Part shown: positions 46,064-53,105 of the stretch, in pieces
Numbering within the stretch: the stretch's first letter is position 1
Layout: each line of letters starts with the position of its first letter
DNA from: a virus
Lineage: Duplodnaviria; Caudoviricetes
IMG/VR virus record: IMGVR_UViG_3300031992_000090
Location: 1,401-65,400 of that record
Length of the DNA stretch: 64,000 nucleotides
Direction: 5' to 3' (one strand)
Position numbers and translations under genes: made by a program
The notes under the pieces: model-generated
Told to the model about the DNA's origin: nothing
Databases searched by the model: none
What the model saw: only the letters and a program-made list of their open reading frames with translations

Positions 46064-46669
46064 ATGGCCACAGTAAGTCCGTCCAATTTTAAATTTGTAA
46101 ATGCATCTGGTGATGACGGTGAGGTAAAGTCCCTGTCAGATGCTGACATTACTCTTATCAACAACTGTTTGCAGGACGTTGAGAATTTAAAATATACCGC
46201 TTTAAGCTCGCTGCCGTCTGGAAGTATGATCCATTTTGCAGGTAACGTTGTCCCTGCCGGGTTCCTCGTCTGCAACGGTGCAGCCGTAAGTCGTACTGAC
46301 TATGCAAATCTGTTCGCTGCCATTGGTACTCTCTATGGAGCCGGTGACGGTTCTACCACCTTTAATCTGCCTGATGCCCGTGACAGAGTCCTCCAGGGAG
46401 CTTCTTCAACATACGCAGTCGGAACCCGCATTGCGGCTGGGTTACCGAATATCACGGGAAAAGTCTATTGGAGTAATGCTGGGAATCCCGCGGCTAGCGG
46501 GGAAGGTGCACTATATTGGTCGATGAACGATGCTGCGGGTACTCGTGTCACTGATGAAGGTTATCCAGCAAACATTAGTATCGACGCCTCTCGATCAAGC
46601 TCATATTACGGCGTTACTACGAAACCTCAAATAGACGGTATATCGGTTTACACCTTAATCAAAATATAA
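46064..46669 (+). CDS. Collar-domain tail fibre B with invertible C-terminus (cassette E expressed)
   Basis: GGAG RBS; LPSGSMIHFAG..VPAGFLVCNGAAVSRTDYANLFAAIG...GDGSTTFNLPD collar motif; CCGAATAT at 46445-46452. Confidence 0.9.
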   Translation: MATVSPSNFKFVNASGDDGEVKSLSDADITLINNCLQDVENLKYTALSSLPSGSMIHFAGNVVPAGFLVCNGAAVSRTDYANLFAAIGTLYGAGDGSTTFNLPDARDRVLQGASSTYAVGTRIAAGLPNITGKVYWSNAGNPAASGEGALYWSMNDAAGTRVTDEGYPANISIDASRSSSYYGVTTKPQIDGISVYTLIKI

Positions 46670-46872
46670 GACGCTACAGCAGGCGCTTGTACTGTAGTTA
46701 CTGAATCACTATAAATCGCATTGCCAAGCGACAGGTTGAAGTATGGATCTATATTTTTTGATTGCGCTACGGTTTCGACATTTTCTCTTGAAGTGCCAGG
46801 ATTCAAAAAATAAGTCGCCCCTGCGGTGGCACTTGATCTGCCTATCATAGACCATCCACCCCGAATATTCGG
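46648..46872 (-). other. Silent C-terminal cassette F (74 aa)
   Basis: PNIRGGWSM...VASYILIKV*; inverted core CCGAATAT at 46865-46872. Confidence 0.85.
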
Positions 46873-46944
46873 CACCCTTTCTCCACCCATCCCACCCGTT
46901 AGATTTTCAATTCGTTATACCATGTTTATTCTCCTGTAAAATCG

Positions 46945-47039
46945 CTGTGCCAGGCACAATACGGCTTTTCATCCATCTGACAATAAACTCTAGCCTTATC
47001 AGTTATTTGTCCTGATATCTGCGGCACATTGAGCACAGC
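46945..47039. promoter_or_regulatory. Arm-like GCACA site set, copy 2
   Basis: CTGTGCCAGGCACAATA plus direct GCACA pair at 47024 and 47033, overlapping the integrase 3' end. Confidence 0.7.
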
Positions 47040-48132
47040 CTTTTGAGCAGAGGTAATCCCACCAGTTTTGCAGAACAATTCTGCGCTGTGCCGTAAGCTG
47101 GGAGTGCATGTAGGCCTGGACGGTTTCCGAGCCGGTGACATGGGCAAGCATACTCTCTGCCACTTCAAAAGCTACGCCCTGCTCTGCCATCCATGTGCGT
47201 CCTGTAGCTCTAAGCCCATGATGGGTGGTGACACCGCTCAGGTCACTGGCTTTAAGCCATTTGGTAAGCGCCTGCACATGGACATGCTTTCCGCGTCCTA
47301 TTCGCCATATATAGGGGCTTCTGCTGTGGTTCAGGTATTTGATTTCGTCCAATAGATTTATGACAGGCTGGATCAGCGGTACCGTATGGTCACGTCTTTT
47401 TTTCATAAATCTGGCAGGAATGGTCATCACATCATCGGTGATCCATGACCACTGCATCTGGCTGACCTCATTGGGGCGCAGCATTGACCAGACACAGAAC
47501 GTGACATAGATTTGCCAGGCTCTCTCCTCCTGTGAGCACAGACTGAACAGCAGATTGAGATTCTGCGGGTTTATATAGGGGTGGTGTCTGACGCATTTAG
47601 GCGGGAGTATGCGGGAGAGCTGGGCTGCCACGTTGGCATCTACCAGTCCTGCGGCTTTGGCAAGATTGAGCATCTCATTTATGCGCATCAGACAGCGTCT
47701 GCGGGTTGCAGGTCTGTCCTTGAGATTGTCAAGGGCCTCGAGTATTTGAGGTGCGTTTAAGCTGTCCAGTTCACATTTTCCCAGTTTGGTTATGATATAC
47801 TTCTCGATGCGTTTTTTCTCATTCGGATAGGAAGTCAAGCTCTTTTTCTTGTCTCTCCAGAGATAGAACGCATCCCATAGGCGTGCTCCTTCTGATGATT
47901 TCAGTCCAAGTCTTGCTCGTATTTTGTGCGCTTGAGCTCTGGCCTGGACGATGGTCATGGGAACACGGCCTAGGGTGATGTCTCGCACTTTGCCGTGTTT
48001 ACTGTAGCGGAGCACATAAGTTTTCACGCCAGAGGGGAATACACGGACAAACAGACTTTCCCCAAGTTTAAAGGTATAGCGTTTGGTTTGAACCGGCAGA
48101 CGGTTGATGGTTTGTTGAGTTATCTTATTCAT
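46999..48132 (-). CDS. int: Tyrosine recombinase (P4-type integrase with arm-binding domain), probable shufflon invertase
   Basis: AGGAGG before ATG 48132; N-terminal LFVRVFPSGVKTYVLRY arm domain; catalytic LRPNE, K, HGLR, LAH and AY. Confidence 0.9.
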   Translation of the reverse strand: MNKITQQTINRLPVQTKRYTFKLGESLFVRVFPSGVKTYVLRYSKHGKVRDITLGRVPMTIVQARAQAHKIRARLGLKSSEGARLWDAFYLWRDKKKSLTSYPNEKKRIEKYIITKLGKCELDSLNAPQILEALDNLKDRPATRRRCLMRINEMLNLAKAAGLVDANVAAQLSRILPPKCVRHHPYINPQNLNLLFSLCSQEERAWQIYVTFCVWSMLRPNEVSQMQWSWITDDVMTIPARFMKKRRDHTVPLIQPVINLLDEIKYLNHSRSPYIWRIGRGKHVHVQALTKWLKASDLSGVTTHHGLRATGRTWMAEQGVAFEVAESMLAHVTGSETVQAYMHSQLTAQRRIVLQNWWDYLCSKGCAQCAADIRTNN

Positions 48133-48305
48133 ATCGTTAACTTTCCTCCTATTAATTTGATAGTACATTTTTCGGAAAGTTGCATTAACTTGTAGATAAT
48201 TAAGCGTTTACACGCAAGACTTGTGACGGATTGTGTGAAATTCTTTTGTTTCTGACATATAATAAGACTAGTTATGTAACTTAACACTTGAGGAGTTAAT
48301 TCCAA

Positions 48306-48839
48306 ATGGCAACACAATTGCAGACAGCATATCGCTTCGATAAGTACAGTTACTATCGTGGCGAAGATAAGGTAATGATGGACGGTGAAGGCAAAATCCT
48401 GTTACCGCCTGATGACACTTTAGTCAAGCCAGATTTAAAAGACGGCTACTGGTCTAAGTTTGATAAAGCCGGTAACAAATGGGTAAAAGAGAAAATCCCT
48501 ACCACCTGTCAGGAAGTTATTGACGCTGGTCTTTCCGTAGTATCCAACTCATCTGAGCCGCACGATCGTGAACTTATAGATCTGTTTGCTCGTCTGGTTG
48601 AGGCTGAGAAAGATGTATACCAGCTGCACACAGAGCCGGATACTCTGGTTCAGACCATCGAGAAAATCCCTGAGCCTACCCCTGAGGAGAAAGAGCGTCA
48701 GGAGCAGGAGAAGCAGAAAGCTGAACTGGACAGACAGATAGCCGATATCCGTGAACGTTTAGCAGACGCTACTCTGTTAGGTGATGAGGAATGGATCGCA
48801 GAGTTACAGGCTGCTTATAAGGAACTGATAGGAGCATAA
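48306..48839 (+). CDS. Tail fibre assembly chaperone-like protein
   Basis: AYRFD...Y.GE......ILLPPD.TLVKP..K.GYW.KF....W; follows the fibre genes. Confidence 0.65.
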   Translation: MATQLQTAYRFDKYSYYRGEDKVMMDGEGKILLPPDDTLVKPDLKDGYWSKFDKAGNKWVKEKIPTTCQEVIDAGLSVVSNSSEPHDRELIDLFARLVEAEKDVYQLHTEPDTLVQTIEKIPEPTPEEKERQEQEKQKAELDRQIADIRERLADATLLGDEEWIAELQAAYKELIGA

Positions 48840-48841
48840 TT

Positions 48842-48976
48842 ATGGCTAAGAGTGCAGTAAAAGTTACACGTTGTAAATATTGCGGTGCTAAGCTGGCATC
48901 TGATGGGTTCTGTTCCAAGCCATGCAAGCCGGGCGAATTAGATCGCAAGCTTGCGGCTGACGCAAAGAAATCCTGA
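48842..48976 (+). CDS. Small Zn-ribbon protein (44 aa, not in ORF track)
   Basis: MAKSAVKVTRCKYCGAKLASDGFCSKPC...; GGAG upstream. Confidence 0.55.
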   Translation: MAKSAVKVTRCKYCGAKLASDGFCSKPCKPGELDRKLAADAKKS

Positions 48977-48996
48977 TTGCAGTTATTACGCATAAG

Positions 48997-49023
48997 AACC
49001 GCACTTATTAAGTGCGGTTTTTT
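48997..49023. terminator. Rho-independent terminator
   Basis: AACCGCACTT-ATT-AAGTGCGGTT-TTTT. Confidence 0.8.
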
Positions 49024-49068
49024 GTTGTATGTTCTATACTTAGTTTGAGAGTTCAAGTGGGAGCTACC

Positions 49069-49374
49069 ATGTTCATTTCAGACGAAACCTTAATAGACAT
49101 TATCTGGTGCGCCATTGGCGGCTGTACCTGCTTTGCTACGTCCATTTTAGTAGTGGGTTTCAGATCGCCGCGTCCTCGCCTGTCACGCAGGATTGAGTAC
49201 GGACTGATAAGTGCTCTGGGTGCGTTTGCTATAAACATGTTAGCCTTAAAATACTTCCCTGATAAGGTAGAACCGATGGATGCACCAGCATATTCAATAC
49301 TGATTGCGCTCTTTGGTTTGACACGTATTCTTGACTTTATAGCCAAGAAGTATGGCTTAGGAGATAGACAATGA
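49069..49374 (+). CDS. Holin (3 TM)
   Basis: Three hydrophobic segments, basic C-terminus, upstream of the endolysin; GGGAG before ATG 49069. Confidence 0.7.
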   Translation: MFISDETLIDIIWCAIGGCTCFATSILVVGFRSPRPRLSRRIEYGLISALGAFAINMLALKYFPDKVEPMDAPAYSILIALFGLTRILDFIAKKYGLGDRQ

Positions 49375-49562
49375 CGACGGACAGGAAACAATGTTTGCTG
49401 CGTTCATTATGGCGTGTCTTAACATATTCAACAGAATTAGGGGTTGCTTTCCTGTTCATGGTGAGCGGCTGGCTCCCAGTGTACGGAGTGATAGCGCTGA
49501 CCTGCTTCCTGTTCGTGCTAACGCACGAAAGACTGAGTGCCAGGAGGAGACAGAAATGCTAG
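49371..49562 (+). CDS. Small membrane protein (holin/antiholin-like)
   Basis: Two TM segments; coupled between holin and endolysin. Confidence 0.55.
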   Translation: MTTDRKQCLLRSLWRVLTYSTELGVAFLFMVSGWLPVYGVIALTCFLFVLTHERLSARRRQKC

Positions 49563-50161
49563 TATCTGAGCAGGCATTTTTACATGTGTTCCCTAAAGCC
49601 CCTCTGACTTTACCTACCTTATTCGACTTATATTTCCCAGCCCATGGTCTTAAGACCAGAGAACGTATTGCAGCTTTTCTGGCACAATGCGGGCATGAGA
49701 GTGCAGGTTTCACTGTGACCAGAGAGAATCTGAATTATTCAGCCAAAGCCTTACAGTCTGTGTTCAGGAAATATTTTCCGACCGCTGAGCTTGCAGAGAA
49801 GTACGCACGTAAGCCTGAGATGATTGCCAATCGTGTGTACGCAAACCGTATGGGCAATGGTGATGAGAAGTCCGGTGACGGATGGCATTATCGCGGGCGT
49901 GGTTTTATTCAGCTTACGGGTAAAGCAAACTATTATGAGCTTGCCAGTGACATGCATGACATGCAGTATTATGCTCATCCTGAGCTTTTAGAGCAGCCGT
50001 CCCGTGCGCTTCTGAGTGCTTTATGGTTCTGGGATAAGCACAGACTTAATGACTATGCCGATAAGTGTGACATCAGAGGCATAACTAAAATCATCAATGG
50101 CGGTTATAATGGGCTTGAGGATAGATTAAAGCTGTATGAGAGGCTGATAATCGCATTATGA
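49556..50161 (+). CDS. GH19 (chitinase-like) endolysin
   Basis: AGGAGG before ATG 49556; RIAAFLAQCGHES, ENLNYS, YRGRGFIQLTG, TKIINGGYNGL. Confidence 0.93.
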   Translation: MLVSEQAFLHVFPKAPLTLPTLFDLYFPAHGLKTRERIAAFLAQCGHESAGFTVTRENLNYSAKALQSVFRKYFPTAELAEKYARKPEMIANRVYANRMGNGDEKSGDGWHYRGRGFIQLTGKANYYELASDMHDMQYYAHPELLEQPSRALLSALWFWDKHRLNDYADKCDIRGITKIINGGYNGLEDRLKLYERLIIAL

Positions 50162-50646
50162 CAACATGGGTTAAGGTTTGCATAGTTCTAAGTGTTCTGG
50201 CGTTTGCGTTCTCTGGGGGCTATTACGTACGTGCGCTTAAAGCACAGCGGGATTTAGCCATGCTCAATGAGCAGATGCATCACGAGCTGACTCTGGTACA
50301 GCAGCATAATCTTGACCTTACAGACCAGTTGTCCCATGTAACTAACAAGGCTGATACGGAGAGCGCTAAGCATGAGAGTGAGCTTAATAATACTTATGAG
50401 CATCTGGTTAACAGCCTGCACCACGACACAGACAGTCCAGCCGGTGGAAGTAAAACCGGTAGTACCGCCGCTGCCGGCACGGTTTCTGGAAAGTGCGACT
50501 GCGGACAGTATGCAGCAAGTCAACGAGCTTTTAGAAAATTACAGAAAGACGTACTTGCCATAACCTATAAGTGCGATCGTGATGCAATACGTTATAATGA
50601 GCTTAGGAATTTATATTTAGATTTGCAGAAACTGCTTAATCAGTGA
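50158..50646 (+). CDS. Rz: Inner-membrane spanin
   Basis: N-terminal TM plus coiled coil, after the endolysin. Confidence 0.8.
   Translation: MTTWVKVCIVLSVLAFAFSGGYYVRALKAQRDLAMLNEQMHHELTLVQQHNLDLTDQLSHVTNKADTESAKHESELNNTYEHLVNSLHHDTDSPAGGSKTGSTAAAGTVSGKCDCGQYAASQRAFRKLQKDVLAITYKCDRDAIRYNELRNLYLDLQKLLNQ
50372..50563 (+). CDS. Rz1: Embedded outer-membrane lipoprotein spanin
   Basis: Signal peptide with lipobox LTAC, Pro-rich mature part, nested in the Rz gene. Confidence 0.8.
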   Translation: MRVSLIILMSIWLTACTTTQTVQPVEVKPVVPPLPARFLESATADSMQQVNELLENYRKTYLP

Positions 50647-50657
50647 GGGAGTGATTT

Positions 50658-51146
50658 ATGCAGAGAGTTGAAGAAAAGCTGTGGCCTGACATAGCTCACG
50701 ATATAGCTATGCTGTCAGTACCGGCGGCAGGGGCGGCCACTTATACGGCCGCCGATATAGCCAAAAGTCACGGCATCAGTCTGGAGGCGTTCACAGGACT
50801 GATGCAGCTCTCCTCTTTCCAGATGCTTGTTCAGGAAGAGGTTAAGAGGATTAAAAGTTTAGGTCCTCACGCAGGCGCACGCATACGTGCCGAAGCTATG
50901 GCCACTCCGCTCCTTGAGAATCTTTTCACTAAAGCCATCAGCAATGAGCTTACTGATGAGCTGTCAATAAAACTTCTGAGTATGCTTTTGAAATCAGCAG
51001 GGCTTGAACAGCCTCCGGAGGTTATACAGGCACAGCAGCAGTCTAACACTGTGAATATAGCGTTCAATATTCCAAAGCTGCATAACAGTAAGCTTAATCA
51101 TCTTACCGCCCAGCCGCAGGTTAATGTGGTCGATGTAGAGGAGTAG
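50658..51146 (+). CDS. Putative terminase small subunit
   Basis: N-terminal HTH-like (YTAADIAKSHGIS) and helical; upstream of TerL. Confidence 0.55.
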   Translation: MQRVEEKLWPDIAHDIAMLSVPAAGAATYTAADIAKSHGISLEAFTGLMQLSSFQMLVQEEVKRIKSLGPHAGARIRAEAMATPLLENLFTKAISNELTDELSIKLLSMLLKSAGLEQPPEVIQAQQQSNTVNIAFNIPKLHNSKLNHLTAQPQVNVVDVEE

Positions 51147-51150
51147 CAGC

Positions 51151-51516
51151 ATGGGTAGATTGAGGGAACATGTCAAACCGTTACAGCATCATGTGCTGGG
51201 TATTCCTAAGGAAGTTCAGGAACAGCTTAACAGATTAAGTAAGATGCAGGCTGCGGCACTTAACGAGGAGTATGTAAAACTTGTCGATCGTGCTGAAAGG
51301 CTGTATCAGCATCTCTTGAAACAGGCTAAATCCTATGAGGCTATTGCAGATGCCAAGTGTCCTGATGAGAAGATAGACCACGCCGCTGAGCTTTTCGTAC
51401 ATCAGATTTTTGACCTGGCTTTCATTCACAATGCTATTGCCTCAAGTGGTTATCCTATCGGAGAGTTCCCGTATAATGATTTAGCGGTCAGATTATTCGG
51501 GGGCGTAGCTGAATAA
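51151..51516 (+). CDS. Hypothetical protein
   Basis: 121 aa between putative TerS and TerL. Confidence 0.6.
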   Translation: MGRLREHVKPLQHHVLGIPKEVQEQLNRLSKMQAAALNEEYVKLVDRAERLYQHLLKQAKSYEAIADAKCPDEKIDHAAELFVHQIFDLAFIHNAIASSGYPIGEFPYNDLAVRLFGGVAE

Positions 51517-51518
51517 GT

Positions 51519-53105
51519 ATGCAGGTAGTAGCGGGTTTTAAGTACGTACCTACTGAAACAGGTTTAAAGTTTCACGAATCAGATGCAAAAATAAAATTAG
51601 TCGTAGGTCCGTTCGGTTCAGGCAAGTCCTGTATGATTATGAATGATGCGCTGTTCTATTGTCTGGCACAGCGTCCGGCACCAGACGGGGTAAGATATAC
51701 CCGTATTGCCGTGATTCGTGGTACCTATCCAGAACTGCAGTCAACCACACGCAAATCTTTAGAAGAAGTATTCCCGTCTGAGTTTGGCGGCATGAACGCC
51801 AGCGGTGCTCCTATAACAGGACATTATTATTTTCCTGTAGGTGATGGACCGTATGAATACAAATCAACGGGCGAGAAGTGGAAACCAGGTTATGGCACTT
51901 TCTGTAATGTTGAAATCGAGATGTACGCCGTACCCGATGAATATGCGGCTATGAAAGTCCGTTCCTTGAACGCAACTTTTGCGCTTATTAATGAGGCCAC
52001 GTCAGTTACGAAAGAAGTAATAGCATCTTTACAGGGACGTGTAGGACGTTACCCGCCTGAGAGTATGGGGGGCTGTTCTTACTCGGGTATTATAATGGAT
52101 ACTAACCAGCCAGTGCAGGGACATTATTTGCTGGATTATATTGAGCACCCATTACCAGACTGGGCAATTTTCAAACAGCCGCCTGCTGCGTTCAAGCATG
52201 TCAATGAGGACAGGACAGTTACTTATGAGGTTAATCCAAACGCAGAGAATTTAACGAACTTAGGCTCTGCAGTGAAACCTGCTGACTATGACACATGGGA
52301 CGCAGAGCGTAAACACGCCTGGCTGAAACAGCGCGGTATGTCCTATTACCAGACACAGATAGACACATGGCTTAAGAACGGTCGTGATGACATGGTGGAT
52401 TCTCTGTTCTGCATGTTGGACGTACCGATTCAAGACGGCAAGCCGGTGTTCACACTGTTCAACTACAAGATCCACGTAGCACAGTCGGAGATTCCTCCGC
52501 TACCATACAAGAATGTGATAGTAGGCTATGACACCTCTGGTATTCATCCGGCTACTGTTTTCCTGCAGGAGCAGGGCGGCAAGTGGATTGTGTTGGATGA
52601 GCTGTACGGTGAGGACATGGGCATGGAAGCTTTTTTAGATAAAGCTCTGATGCCATTAATCTCATCTAAATACTATAATTGTAATATTGTGGTAGCGTGC
52701 GATCCGGCAAACGCCAAGGACAGCTACACAGGATTAGCACCAAGTCAGCACCTGCAGGAGCGTGGTCTTGCTGTGTACATGCCAAAGACCAACGATCCAA
52801 AGACCCGTATCAATGGCGTTGAGACTATGCTCAACAAGAACGTAGGCGGTCTGCTTATAAGTGCTAACTGTAAGTATCTTATCAAAGCAATGCAGGGCGG
52901 GTATCATTACAAGCGTCTGCGGCTGGTTGGCGGCGTTGAGGACGCATATGACTCACGACCTGAAAAGAATAAATACTCGCACGTAGCCGATGCGCTACAA
53001 TACGCTGCGCTGTGCATACAGCGTGACGATTTTGTGAATTATGACGCACGACCTATAATACGTGAGGTGTCACGGAGACGTAATGTGCTACGGAGGATAA
53101 TGTAA
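51519..53105 (+). CDS. terL: Terminase large subunit
   Basis: GPFGSGKS Walker A; LINEA Walker B; GYD nuclease motif; HVADALQY. Confidence 0.92.
   Translation: MQVVAGFKYVPTETGLKFHESDAKIKLVVGPFGSGKSCMIMNDALFYCLAQRPAPDGVRYTRIAVIRGTYPELQSTTRKSLEEVFPSEFGGMNASGAPITGHYYFPVGDGPYEYKSTGEKWKPGYGTFCNVEIEMYAVPDEYAAMKVRSLNATFALINEATSVTKEVIASLQGRVGRYPPESMGGCSYSGIIMDTNQPVQGHYLLDYIEHPLPDWAIFKQPPAAFKHVNEDRTVTYEVNPNAENLTNLGSAVKPADYDTWDAERKHAWLKQRGMSYYQTQIDTWLKNGRDDMVDSLFCMLDVPIQDGKPVFTLFNYKIHVAQSEIPPLPYKNVIVGYDTSGIHPATVFLQEQGGKWIVLDELYGEDMGMEAFLDKALMPLISSKYYNCNIVVACDPANAKDSYTGLAPSQHLQERGLAVYMPKTNDPKTRINGVETMLNKNVGGLLISANCKYLIKAMQGGYHYKRLRLVGGVEDAYDSRPEKNKYSHVADALQYAALCIQRDDFVNYDARPIIREVSRRRNVLRRIM

Noticed and set aside
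44393-46900. Diversity-generating retroelement at the fibre tips
   Set aside because: No reverse transcriptase, and cassettes differ throughout rather than only at adenines; inverted sites and a recombinase explain the layout.
49391-49555. N-terminal extension of the endolysin in the ORF track
   Set aside because: Overlaps the small membrane gene; a strong AGGAGG supports ATG 49556.
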